Source: an uncultured bacterium (GTDB lineage Bacteria > Oederibacteriota > Oederibacteriia > Oederibacteriales > Oederibacteriaceae). Taken from it: a stretch of 64,000 nucleotides of DNA. Position numbers and translations under genes: made by a program. Shown in pieces: positions 9,157 through 18,889 of this stretch; position 1 is the first letter of the stretch; each line of letters begins with the position of its first letter. The notes below the pieces were generated by a model, which had not been told where the DNA came from, searched no databases, and was given only the letters and a program-made list of their open reading frames with translations. Where the stretch lies: NCBI GenBank assembly GCA_965112635.1, contig OZ218778.1, forward strand, positions 1,952,001-2,016,000. Direction: 5' to 3'.

Positions 9157-10809
9157 ATGCCTTTTCTGCAAACTTCAGCCGTAGTTTTAAAGAAAACCCT
9201 GCTCAATGAGAACGACCTGCTCCTCCACCTTTTCACCCCGGAATCAGGCCTGATCAAGGCGGTCCTCAAAGGCGTCCGCAAGCCCCAGGCCAAGCTCATC
9301 TCGTTTGGAGAGCCTTTTGTGCTGGCCGAGGTCATGCTCGCCCGCCAGCAGGTTTACGGTTTTCACAAGATAACCCAGGTCAGATTGCTCCAGGGATTCC
9401 CCGGCCTCAGGTCCGACCTGGCCCGTATCGGGTACGCCAGCTACATGGCCGAGCTGATCCTGGAAACCCAGGGCGGGGAGGAAAAAAGCCATGCTCTTTT
9501 CCAGGCCGTCCTCAAGGGTTTGGGGGGGCTGGAGTCCGCCCCGGACCCCGAGGCCGTGGCCCTGCTGTGGAGCCTCTGGTACCTGGCGGAGCTGGGCTAC
9601 AGGCCGCATCTGTCCGATTGCGTGGTCTGCCACTCCAAGCTGGAGTTCGGGCCAGAATCCGCCAGGCCCGGCGCCTTTTTTTCCAACAGGCAGGGCGGGG
9701 CCCTTTGCCGGAAGTGTTCCATCCAGCACGAGGGCGTCGAGGTCCGGGATCGCAGGACCTTTGGCCTGGTGGAAGAAGCCGGTTCCGGCGGTTTTTTGAA
9801 GGCCGCGATGACGGGGCCGCAAAAGGGTGAGGTCAGGCAGATAGCCCGTTCGGCCGTGTCCTACCACTGCGGAAGGGAATTGAAGAGCCTTTCTTTCCTC
9901 AAAAAGGTGGGCGTGGGGCTGGCCTTGCTGTTGGCCTGCCTTTTCTCCAGCCAGCTTGTCCAGGGCCAGTCGACCACGGGCCCGGATTCGCTCAAAGCTG
10001 AGATGAGCCCCAGGGCCGTGGCCATGGGCAGCGCCTACAGCGCCGTGGGGGACGATGTCACGGTGGCGTACTGGAACCCGGCCAGCCTGGTCCGGGTGAG
10101 CTACCTGCAGGCGGCTTTTGTCCACCAGCTCCCTTTTTTGGATTCGACCTGCGACTGGGGCGGCATTGCCGTGCCCATGGGCGAGAACTACATCCTGGGC
10201 GGGTCTTTCTTATACATGGCCACGGCGCCCTTCCAGCAGTACGACGACTCGGCCCAGCCCATCGCCACCCTGGAGAACTACGACTGGGTCGCGACGCTCA
10301 GTCTGGCCCAGAAATACGAAGCCTTAGGGATAGGGGTCAGCCTGAAGTACTTCGTGAGCAAGCTGTATGTTTACACGGCCAGCGGCCTGGCCGCGGACAT
10401 GGGACTTATCTACAAGGTGCCCAACACGCAAAAACTGTTTTTCAGCGTCAGCCTGACCAATCTGGGGGCGGGCATCCGTTACCTGGACGAGAGCGATCCC
10501 TTGCCCACCAAGATCAGGCTCGGCTGTTCCTACGGGTTTTGGTCGGATTTTTTCAACCGACATCTTATATCCGCTGAGCTGGAAGCACCCCTGGATCCCG
10601 GGGAACAAAAGCTTTTGGATACCGGCTATGAATGGTGGATCACCCGGACCGTGTCCCTGCGGGGAGGTTACCGCTGGGGCATGAGCGAGGGAGCCTTGAC
10701 CTTTGGCATGGGTTTTGCTGTGGAAGGCTGGAACATGGACTATTCTTTTGTGCCCATCGGACAGGTCGGCAGTGCCCACAAGCTGTCCATCCTGAGAAAC
10801 TGGTTTTAG
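9157..10809 (+). CDS. recO: DNA repair protein RecO fused in frame to a PorV/PorQ-like outer-membrane beta-barrel
   Basis: The first ~250 aa show the RecO OB fold, CVVC/CRKC zinc site and RELKSLSFL end. A signal-like helix follows, then PRAVAMGSAYSAVGDD..AYWNPA and SLRGGY..TFGMGF..DYSFVP. Confidence 0.8.
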   Translation: MPFLQTSAVVLKKTLLNENDLLLHLFTPESGLIKAVLKGVRKPQAKLISFGEPFVLAEVMLARQQVYGFHKITQVRLLQGFPGLRSDLARIGYASYMAELILETQGGEEKSHALFQAVLKGLGGLESAPDPEAVALLWSLWYLAELGYRPHLSDCVVCHSKLEFGPESARPGAFFSNRQGGALCRKCSIQHEGVEVRDRRTFGLVEEAGSGGFLKAAMTGPQKGEVRQIARSAVSYHCGRELKSLSFLKKVGVGLALLLACLFSSQLVQGQSTTGPDSLKAEMSPRAVAMGSAYSAVGDDVTVAYWNPASLVRVSYLQAAFVHQLPFLDSTCDWGGIAVPMGENYILGGSFLYMATAPFQQYDDSAQPIATLENYDWVATLSLAQKYEALGIGVSLKYFVSKLYVYTASGLAADMGLIYKVPNTQKLFFSVSLTNLGAGIRYLDESDPLPTKIRLGCSYGFWSDFFNRHLISAELEAPLDPGEQKLLDTGYEWWITRTVSLRGGYRWGMSEGALTFGMGFAVEGWNMDYSFVPIGQVGSAHKLSILRNWF

Positions 10810-10827
10810 GGGAAGGAGAGCGGGGCC

Positions 10828-11529
10828 ATGCGTAGAACCTATAAAACCAGCCGTAGCGCGGCGACCATCCCGGAGACAGGCATTGTCACGGCCATCCAAT
10901 TCCAAAAGAACAGGCCCAGCCGGTGCTCGGTATTCATTGACGGCAAGTTCAGCGCGGGGCTGGACGCGGCCAAACTGGTGTCCATGGGCATCAAAAAAGG
11001 ACAGGAGCTGACCCGGGAGCAGACCCGGGCCCTGGCCGCGGAGTCGGAATACCAGCGGGCCAAGGACAAGGCCCTGCTGCTGCTCTCCCGGAGAGAACAC
11101 AGCCAGGTAGAGCTGGTCAGGAAATTAAGGAAGCGGCAGGGTGAGTTTAGCGCGGTAACCATCACCAAAGTTATCCAGGAGCTGTCCCAACAGGGCCTGG
11201 TGGACGACCTGAAATTTGCCAAAACCTATGTCAGATACCGTTTGGGCAATAAGTCCATTGGCCTGTTCAAGCTGAGAAATGAGCTGAAAATAAGAGGGGT
11301 CAAGGACGCGGTCATCCTTGAGGCTCTGGAGCCGTATCAAGACGAGGAAGCCCAGGAGGAAAAGGCCGTGGAAGCGGCTTCCAAAAAGTTGAATAAGCTG
11401 ATGGCTAAACCCGGTCCTAAAGTCAGGCAAAAACTGTTCGCTTTTTTGGTCCAGCAGGGATTTGACTATGAAGTCGCGCAGAAAGTTGTAAGAAAATTGT
11501 GCCAGGATGTTCCGCGGACCAACTATTAA
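10828..11529 (+). CDS. recX: RecA regulator RecX
   Basis: LLSRREHS..EL..KL, VDDLKFA and KLFAFLVQQGF motifs; lies upstream of alaS. Confidence 0.9.
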   Translation: MRRTYKTSRSAATIPETGIVTAIQFQKNRPSRCSVFIDGKFSAGLDAAKLVSMGIKKGQELTREQTRALAAESEYQRAKDKALLLLSRREHSQVELVRKLRKRQGEFSAVTITKVIQELSQQGLVDDLKFAKTYVRYRLGNKSIGLFKLRNELKIRGVKDAVILEALEPYQDEEAQEEKAVEAASKKLNKLMAKPGPKVRQKLFAFLVQQGFDYEVAQKVVRKLCQDVPRTNY

Positions 11530-11618
11530 ACAGGGTTTAGGAATAGCGAAAACCACTATAAAGTCCAATAAAAACTTGATAAGCTATCGGGATAGTTCAG
11601 GAGCAAAGGCGGAAATGG

Positions 11619-14294
11619 ATGAAGACAGACGAAATAAGGTCAAATTTTCTTGAGTTTTTCAGGCAAAAAGGGCACAGCATCGTCAAAAGCGATTCCCTGG
11701 TGCCCACCGGAGACCCCACGCTTTTATTCACCAGCGCCGGGATGGTGCAGTTCAAATCCTTTTACCTGGCCGAGGGGGACATCCCTTTTTCCAGGGCCGC
11801 GACCAGCCAAAAATGTTTCCGCAGCTCGGACATTGAGAATGTAGGCAGGACAGCCCGGCACCAGACCTTTTTTGAGATGCTGGGCAACTTTTCCTTTGGC
11901 GATTATTTCAAGGAAGAGGCCATCACCTGGGAATGGGAGCTCTTGACCAAGGTCTTTGACCTGCCCAAGGACGAGCTGTGGGTCAGCTATTTCGAGGAGG
12001 ATAAGGAAACCCGCGATATCTGGAAGAACAAGCTAGGGCTGTCCGAGGACCGCCTGAAACCTTTTGGCCGGGACAACAATTACTGGCCTTCCGGCGACGC
12101 CATCAACAACTGGGTGGGGGCCTGCGGGCCTTGCACGGAGATCTACATCGATTACGGCCCGGAACGCGGATGCGGCAAACCGACCTGCACCGTGGGATGC
12201 GACTGCGACCGCTATGAAGAGATCATGAACATCGTCCTGCCCCAGTTCTTCCACTCCGCCAAGGGCGACCTGTCGCCTTTGCCCAAACGGGGCATAGACA
12301 TGGGGATGGGTCTGGAGCGGCTGGCTTCCATCCTGCAGGGAGTGCCCAATAATTTTGAGATAGACATCATGAGGCCCATCCTGGACGACGCGGCCCAGGC
12401 CGCGGGCGTGGAGTACGGCGGCGATCCCAAGACCGATGTTTCCCTGAAACTCATCACGGACCACGCGCGGGCCGTGAGCTTCCTCATCGGCGACGGGGTG
12501 CTGCCCAGCAATGAGGGCCGGGGCTACGTGCTGCGCCGGCTCATCCGCAGGGCCGTACGGCACGGCCGGTTGCTGAGTTTGGAAAAACCGTTCCTCTATA
12601 AGATGGTGGGTGAAGTGGCCCAGCAGATGAAAGCCCCTTACCCGGAGATCGCCGGCAGGCGGGAGCATATCAGCCAGGTGCTTCTCGGCGAAGAGCAGAG
12701 ATTTTTCCAGACCCTCAAGAACGGCATGGACCTCATCAACGAATTTTTGGCGAACATCAAGGGCAGGGCCAAAGGCGCCAAACCCACGATACCCGGGGAT
12801 GTCGTGTTCAAACTTTATGACACCTGGGGTTTCCCCCTGGAATTGACCCAGGAAATAGCCGCGGAACAAGGCGTGGAAGTGGACAAGGCCGGATTCGATA
12901 AATTTATGGATGAGCAAAGGGTCAGGGCCAAATCAGCCTGGGTGGGCAGCGGAGACGAGGCTATCGCCCCCATCTATGCTTCTCTGGCCAAAAAACTGGG
13001 AGCCACGGATTTTGTGGGCTATGAGGCGGTCAATTCCGCCTCCACCATCCTGGCTTTGGTCCAGGACGGCAGGGAGCTGGGCTCCGCGGATGCGGACACC
13101 AACCTGGAGGTCATCCTGGACAAGACGCCTTTTTACGCCAGCAGCGGGGGACAGGTCGGCGACATCGGAGTGCTGGTCAATGACCAGGCCAAGGTCGAGG
13201 TCCTGGATACCGTCAAAGTGGGCGGCAAGCTGTTCGTGCACAAAGCCAGGCTCATCCGGGGCAGGATCAAGGCCGGAGACCAGGTCCAAGCCGAGATAAA
13301 CCAGAGCCGCAGGCACGCGGTGGCCAGGAACCACACCGGCACCCATCTTTTGCACGCGGCCCTGCGCCATGTGCTGGGCAAGCACGTGGAACAGTCCGGG
13401 TCCCTGGTGGAGCCGGAGAGGCTCAGGTTCGACTTTTCCCATTCCGGGCCCATGACCGAGACCGAACTTAAAAGGGTTGAGGATATCGTCAACGAGAACA
13501 TCCTCAAGAACAAGGAAGTCAAAACCGTGGAGACAAAAGTGGAGGAGGCGAAAAAGCTGGGCGCGCTGGCCTTTTTCGCGGAAAAGTACGGGGACAAGGT
13601 CAGGATGGTCTCCATTGGCCAGGGTTCTCCCAGCGGCGCGATCTCCATGGAGCTTTGCGGAGGCACGCATGTCAAGCGCTCGGGCGATATAGGACTTATA
13701 AAGATCGTTTCGGAGGGCGGGGTGGCTGCCGGAGTGCGGCGCATTGAGGCCCTGACCGGCGAGGGTGCCTACCAATACCTGCGCAAAGAAGAGGAGTCTC
13801 TAAAAGAAGCGGCCGGCCTGCTCAAGTGTTCGCCCCATGACCTGGTCGGAGGCGTGAAGAGATATCTGGAGAGTTACAAGGAGCTGGAAAAGAAACTGCA
13901 GCAGACGCAGGCCAAGCTGTCCGCGGGGCATTCGGACGACCTGACCAGCCAGGTCAAAGAGGTCGAAGGTATCAAATACATAGCCTCCCGGGTGGAGGAC
14001 ATGGGCCCTGAAGCTTTGCGCGACATGGCCGACCAGCTGAAGGTAAAGATAAAATCAGGGGTCATTGTGCTGGCCAGCGTGGGACAGGGTAAGGTCACTT
14101 GGATCGCGGCGGTCACTTCCGACCTGACCAAGAAGGTCAATGCCTCGGACCTGGTCAAAAAGGTTTCGGCTGTTACCGGAGGCGGAGGAGGGGGCAGACC
14201 GGATTTCGCCCAGGCGGGCGGAAAACTGGTGGACAAAGTCCCGGAAGCCCTCCAAAAAGTCCCTGAGTTTATAAAGGTTAACCTTAACGGCTGA
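11619..14294 (+). CDS. alaS: Alanine--tRNA ligase
   Basis: DPTLLFTSAGMVQFK, NHTGTHLLH, ELCGGTHV, GGGGGRPDFAQAGG. Confidence 0.99.
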   Translation: MKTDEIRSNFLEFFRQKGHSIVKSDSLVPTGDPTLLFTSAGMVQFKSFYLAEGDIPFSRAATSQKCFRSSDIENVGRTARHQTFFEMLGNFSFGDYFKEEAITWEWELLTKVFDLPKDELWVSYFEEDKETRDIWKNKLGLSEDRLKPFGRDNNYWPSGDAINNWVGACGPCTEIYIDYGPERGCGKPTCTVGCDCDRYEEIMNIVLPQFFHSAKGDLSPLPKRGIDMGMGLERLASILQGVPNNFEIDIMRPILDDAAQAAGVEYGGDPKTDVSLKLITDHARAVSFLIGDGVLPSNEGRGYVLRRLIRRAVRHGRLLSLEKPFLYKMVGEVAQQMKAPYPEIAGRREHISQVLLGEEQRFFQTLKNGMDLINEFLANIKGRAKGAKPTIPGDVVFKLYDTWGFPLELTQEIAAEQGVEVDKAGFDKFMDEQRVRAKSAWVGSGDEAIAPIYASLAKKLGATDFVGYEAVNSASTILALVQDGRELGSADADTNLEVILDKTPFYASSGGQVGDIGVLVNDQAKVEVLDTVKVGGKLFVHKARLIRGRIKAGDQVQAEINQSRRHAVARNHTGTHLLHAALRHVLGKHVEQSGSLVEPERLRFDFSHSGPMTETELKRVEDIVNENILKNKEVKTVETKVEEAKKLGALAFFAEKYGDKVRMVSIGQGSPSGAISMELCGGTHVKRSGDIGLIKIVSEGGVAAGVRRIEALTGEGAYQYLRKEEESLKEAAGLLKCSPHDLVGGVKRYLESYKELEKKLQQTQAKLSAGHSDDLTSQVKEVEGIKYIASRVEDMGPEALRDMADQLKVKIKSGVIVLASVGQGKVTWIAAVTSDLTKKVNASDLVKKVSAVTGGGGGGRPDFAQAGGKLVDKVPEALQKVPEFIKVNLNG

Positions 14295-14358
14295 ATTTCC
14301 TCCCTGGGCGCCAGCAAACAAGAACTCAATAAAAAAGGCGGAAGGTGAAATAGTTTTT

Positions 14359-16095
14359 ATGGCCAAATTAAATAAGCAAACAAACCAGAAAGATTTCCCT
14401 GAGTTTTGCCAGCGATTTTGGGGAGAGTTGGAGCGGGAAATTTCAGGGGAGCGCATCAAGGCCGAGATAACCGAGCTTTTCCAGCTGGCCAAATGGTTTT
14501 CGGCAGATAAGCTCAGGGAGTTGCACAAGAAATTAGCCAAGAGCATGGAACAAGCGGGCATGAAAGACGTGGAAATCCTACATCTGCCTGCTGACGGCAA
14601 GACCACAGGCGGAGGATGGGCCGCGCCCTATGTCTGGGAAATCAAAGAGGCGACCTTGGATATTGTTTCTCCGTCCGTAGCCGAGTCCCGGCTGGCCTGC
14701 TATTCCGAGGCGCCCACCTGTTTGATGGCCTGGAGCGGTTCCACCCCCAAGGGCGGAGTGACCGCGGAAGTGGTCCCTGTAGGGAAAAATCCTTTAGCCT
14801 TTCGCGGCACGGTCAAAGGCAAAATGGTCCTGGTGGACAAGATGCCCTACCTGGCTCCGCACATCGGCACCTGGGCTTTACATCATGGGGTGGTCGGTAT
14901 CCTTTCGGACCACGTGGCCTTGATGGGTTTGAGGACAAGCAAAGAAGTCCAAGATGATTCCATGTGGTACAACCGGGCCATGCCTTTTTGGGGCGGGAAG
15001 CATCATTTGTTCGGGATCGCCATGGCGCCCAGACAGGGAAAGAAATTAAGAGCCCTTTTGCGGCACAACCAAAAGGTCATTCTCCACGCCATGGTGGACA
15101 CGAAAATGTACGAGGGGACCTCGCCCTTGGTAACAGGCATCCTGCCAGGCCGGACCAAACAAGAAGTCCTCATTACCGCCCATTCAGACGAGCCGGGTGC
15201 CAATGACAACCTGTCAGGCTGCCTGGCTGCTGTTGAGATAGTCAGGGCGCTTAACCGGTTGGTTAAAAAAGGCAGGCTGGAACCCTTGCGGCGCACGATC
15301 AGGCTGGTTTTCACCAATGAGGTCCGGGGGATGCAGGTCCTGGTCAACCAAAAACAAGGCTGGCCTTGGCGTAACCCCAAAGCGGGTATTAACCTGGACA
15401 TGGTCGGCGGTGACCATGTGGCCAACCGCACAGCCATGCATTACGGCCCTGTAACGCCGGTCACAGCCAGCTACGCCGAAGTTTTGCTGGGAAAGATCAT
15501 GGAAAAAGGGGAGGAGTACGCTCCCCAGCACGGCTGCCGGGGTTGGAACTACAAAGTTGCCTTTGGGTTTGAGAACGACAATATTCTGGCGGACTATAAA
15601 TATGGAACTCCTTTTACCTATATGGGCCAACCCGGGGACCGATATTACAACCTGGAAACCGACAATCCCGACCATGTTTCCAGCGCGACTTTAAAACTTA
15701 ACAGCCTCATCGCCGGTACCTGGGCGGGGGTCATGGCCAATGCGGGGGCTGAGGAGATGACCTGGCTGGCCGACCAAATTTTATTCGGTAAAATAAGGGA
15801 AATGTGGGACGACCGCAAGCCCACGGCCTTTATAAAAAAGCGCAACCAATGGGTCAGGTCGTTGCGCTGGGAATCCCTGAGCCATTTTTTGTGGTCCATT
15901 GATTGGACCAAAGAAAAGGGTCAGGAGGGGAAAGACGGCTTGCTCCTGCCGGCCAAATTAGAAATGGAGCTCCTCAAGAGAAAACCAAAACTTCCGCAAA
16001 GGACTAAAGATATCCAGATCAAACTTACTCCGTCCAAGGCTAAATACAGCCATAAACTTGACCAGATGGTCCCGGAAAAGTTGTTCCATGGCTGA
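14359..16095 (+). CDS. M28 family (DUF4910-like) zinc aminopeptidase with PA domain; C-terminus apparently split off
   Basis: AHSDEPGANDNLSG, NEVRG and INLDMVG zinc-ligand motifs. Confidence 0.75.
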   Translation: MAKLNKQTNQKDFPEFCQRFWGELEREISGERIKAEITELFQLAKWFSADKLRELHKKLAKSMEQAGMKDVEILHLPADGKTTGGGWAAPYVWEIKEATLDIVSPSVAESRLACYSEAPTCLMAWSGSTPKGGVTAEVVPVGKNPLAFRGTVKGKMVLVDKMPYLAPHIGTWALHHGVVGILSDHVALMGLRTSKEVQDDSMWYNRAMPFWGGKHHLFGIAMAPRQGKKLRALLRHNQKVILHAMVDTKMYEGTSPLVTGILPGRTKQEVLITAHSDEPGANDNLSGCLAAVEIVRALNRLVKKGRLEPLRRTIRLVFTNEVRGMQVLVNQKQGWPWRNPKAGINLDMVGGDHVANRTAMHYGPVTPVTASYAEVLLGKIMEKGEEYAPQHGCRGWNYKVAFGFENDNILADYKYGTPFTYMGQPGDRYYNLETDNPDHVSSATLKLNSLIAGTWAGVMANAGAEEMTWLADQILFGKIREMWDDRKPTAFIKKRNQWVRSLRWESLSHFLWSIDWTKEKGQEGKDGLLLPAKLEMELLKRKPKLPQRTKDIQIKLTPSKAKYSHKLDQMVPEKLFHG

Positions 16096-17173
16096 CTTCG
16101 GAGTAGAGTGCTTGCCGCAAAAAGATTACGAGCTGATGACCCGGCTATCCAGGGATATGGTGTCGTGGGGCGCCAACCACTGGCTGCAGTCAGCCCTGTT
16201 CCTGTCCAACGGCGGACGCACTTTGAAAGAGATAGGGGAACTGGTGGAACTGTCCGGGGTCAAAGAGATGTGGGCAAAATTTGAGGACCCGGGCTGTAAT
16301 TTTCCCTGGGACAAGGCCGCGGATATTTTCAGGCTTTTGGCCAGACAAAATCCTGCCCTGGTGCGGTTCCGAAAGATAATAGAAAAACGGGATGTGGTCC
16401 ATGCCCTGAGAAAAGCCGGGGTCAAGCCCGGGATGGTCTTGATGGCCCATGTGTCCCTCAAACAGTTCGGTTATCTAAGGGGCGGCAGCAACGCGATGAT
16501 CGGGGCGCTCCTGGATTCGGTAGGCGAGAAGGGGACCCTGGCCTTGGCCGCCCATTCCCTGCGCAGCCAGACCATGGGGCAGATCCCTTATGACCCTAAA
16601 ATGTCGCCTTCCAAGGTTGGGGCTGTTTCCGAGGCTTTTTTGAAAATCCCAAGTGTGGTCCGGAGTCTGCATCCCACTCACTCCGTGGCGGTCAAAGGAC
16701 CCCGGGTCCTGGAACTCGTGGCCGGGCATGACCATTGGGTGGCGCCTTTGGCCAGCGACGGGTTCTGGGGGCATTTTGCCGCCTTGGACGGGCAGGTCGC
16801 TTTATTAGCGCCCACGGGTTCGGTCACCCTCATCCACGGCGCCGAGTTGTGGAGCGGCATCCCCTTGCCGGGCTATACCACCCAGATCGCCACAGCCCAA
16901 GGCGCCAAGACCGTCACGGTGCCGTCCCTGCCGTGGCACCTGGAGAACGAGGACCCCATTTTTGAGGAGTTAAAAAAGCGCGGTTTGCTGAAAAGCGCGC
17001 CCTTGGGGGAGAGCACTGTTTATCTTTTCAGCGCCAGGGACATTCTCAAGGTGGCCATCCCGATGATGAAGGAAAACCCTTTGTTTTTACTGCCGAAACA
17101 ATGCGGTTGTTCGTTTTGTTCTTTTGTAAAGTCCGGGGTGCAAGCAAAAAAAGGCTTTTTTGTCCATAAATAA
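16088..17173 (+). CDS. AAC(3)-family N-acetyltransferase preceded by a probable peptidase C-terminal HTH segment
   Basis: GVKPGMVLMAHVSLKQFG, GTL, RSLHPTHSVAVKG and TLIHGAE motifs; ATG 16088 overlaps the upstream TGA. Confidence 0.75.
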   Translation: MADFGVECLPQKDYELMTRLSRDMVSWGANHWLQSALFLSNGGRTLKEIGELVELSGVKEMWAKFEDPGCNFPWDKAADIFRLLARQNPALVRFRKIIEKRDVVHALRKAGVKPGMVLMAHVSLKQFGYLRGGSNAMIGALLDSVGEKGTLALAAHSLRSQTMGQIPYDPKMSPSKVGAVSEAFLKIPSVVRSLHPTHSVAVKGPRVLELVAGHDHWVAPLASDGFWGHFAALDGQVALLAPTGSVTLIHGAELWSGIPLPGYTTQIATAQGAKTVTVPSLPWHLENEDPIFEELKKRGLLKSAPLGESTVYLFSARDILKVAIPMMKENPLFLLPKQCGCSFCSFVKSGVQAKKGFFVHK

Positions 17174-17287
17174 ATGCAGGATCGTCCTTGAAATCAGGTC
17201 GTATCCTGAAAAATGTTGTTCACCCAACGGGTTTTTTAACTTAATATATAGCTAACAAAATATAGTAGATGATCCGGAGTTTATGGG

Positions 17288-18838
17288 ATGAAAAAGAAAG
17301 TAAATGGGAAGGTATTCCTCGTAGGAAGCGGAACGGGAAACCGCACCCAAGCGATCGCTAAAGCCAAGGCCTGTTTGAAGAAAGCGGATTGGGTGCTCTA
17401 TGACCACGTGGTGAATTCCCAACTCCTGGATTACTGCAGCAAAAAGACCAAATTTAAGTTCATCGGCAAGAAGAACGGCCAGCTCACCCTCACTCAGAAA
17501 CAAATCAACCAATTCCTGGTATCCAAAGCCTTGGACGGCTCCAAACTGGTCTGTTTGAAAGGCAGCGGCCCTTTTGTGCTCAAGTCCAGAAAGGGTGAAG
17601 CCGCCGCTTTGTCCAAGGCCGGGATCAGCTTTAAGATGATCCCAGCCCTGGCGCTGGGTTCCGAACTGGCTGGCAAGGCCAAAGACGCCGCCGCCCAATC
17701 GAAAGACGCAGCCAGATCCAGGGACAAGGAAGCTCTGAAGAGCCTGGCCAAAGCCAAGAGCGCCGCATCCGCCCCGGTAAAATTTAAAGAGACTATCGCC
17801 TATCTGAGAAAGGAAGACCACCTGCCCCAAATGGTCCACCATTTACTCAGCCAGGGTTTTTCGGAGCACGGACCGATCACGCTCGTCCACAGCAGTACCA
17901 AGGCCGTCCCCAAAACGATCACGGGCAACCTGACCAATATCGTGGAGCTGGCCAAAGCCCAGATGATCAAAACCCCGGCTATCCTGATCGCCGGCGAGAC
18001 CGAAAAGCTCAAAGACAAGCTCAGCTGGTTCGAGAACAAGCCGCTTTACGGTAAGACCATCATCGTAAACCGCACCAGGGAACAGGGCAGCGACCTGGTC
18101 AACCTTCTTATGCAAGAAGGGGCTTGCGTGCTGGAGAACCCCCTCATCAAAATCGCCCCGCCCCAGAGCTTCAACTCCCTGGACGCGGCCATCAAGGAGC
18201 TCCACCGTTACCACTGGATCGTCTTTACCAGCGCCAACGGAGTGAGATATTTCATGTCCAGGCTGAGGGCATCCCGCAAGGATGTCCATGACCTGAAAAA
18301 GATCAAGGTCGCCGCGGTGGGGCCCATCACCAGGGACTGTCTGGAGTCCAAGGGCGTCCAGGTGCACGTGATGGCCAAGGAGTACTCCGCCGAAGAGGTT
18401 GAGCCGGTGCTGGGCAGGCTGAAAGAAAAAAGAATACTGATCCCCAGGGCCCACGTGGCCCGCGACATCCTTCCCCTGACCCTGAAAAAGAGCGGTGCCA
18501 TTGTGGACGTAGTCGAGACCTACCAGTCCATCTGTGACGAAAAAGACTGCAAGCATATCAAGGATTCCCTCAGGGAGAAAAAGGTACACTTGGTGGCATT
18601 CACCAACTCCGCGACCGTGGACCAATTCATGAAGATATTTAAGCCGAACGAGCTTAAATCCTTGCTGGGCAACGTGGTCATTGCGGCGATCGGTCCCATT
18701 ACCGTCCAATCCTTGTTCAACTACGGGTTGCGCTGCTCGGTCACGGCCAAAGAATACACCGTTTCGGCACTCACCAGGCATATCATCGATTACTTCCAAA
18801 AGGCAGCCGCGCCAAAGCCAAAAAGGAAAAGTAGGTAG
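17288..18838 (+). CDS. hemD: Uroporphyrinogen-III synthase fused to a degenerate CobA methyltransferase domain
   Basis: WFENKPLYGK..NRTREQ, FTSANGV and AAIGPIT (HemD). The N-terminal CobA-like part lacks the GPGDP and GGDP motifs. Confidence 0.8.
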   Translation: MKKKVNGKVFLVGSGTGNRTQAIAKAKACLKKADWVLYDHVVNSQLLDYCSKKTKFKFIGKKNGQLTLTQKQINQFLVSKALDGSKLVCLKGSGPFVLKSRKGEAAALSKAGISFKMIPALALGSELAGKAKDAAAQSKDAARSRDKEALKSLAKAKSAASAPVKFKETIAYLRKEDHLPQMVHHLLSQGFSEHGPITLVHSSTKAVPKTITGNLTNIVELAKAQMIKTPAILIAGETEKLKDKLSWFENKPLYGKTIIVNRTREQGSDLVNLLMQEGACVLENPLIKIAPPQSFNSLDAAIKELHRYHWIVFTSANGVRYFMSRLRASRKDVHDLKKIKVAAVGPITRDCLESKGVQVHVMAKEYSAEEVEPVLGRLKEKRILIPRAHVARDILPLTLKKSGAIVDVVETYQSICDEKDCKHIKDSLREKKVHLVAFTNSATVDQFMKIFKPNELKSLLGNVVIAAIGPITVQSLFNYGLRCSVTAKEYTVSALTRHIIDYFQKAAAPKPKRKSR

Positions 18839-18889
18839 AGTGCCTGGCCGTTCTCCCGCCGCGGCGATCTTTCGCCAAGAAGGAAAGTC

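Noticed and set aside
16093-16095. Selenocysteine or stop readthrough at the peptidase TGA
   Set aside because: The plausible continuation is in a different reading frame, so in-frame readthrough would not restore it.
17174-18889. Cobalamin riboswitch upstream of the hemD/Btu-like genes
   Set aside because: The intergenic gaps are short and I could not see B12-box motifs; an Infernal search would be needed to exclude it fully.
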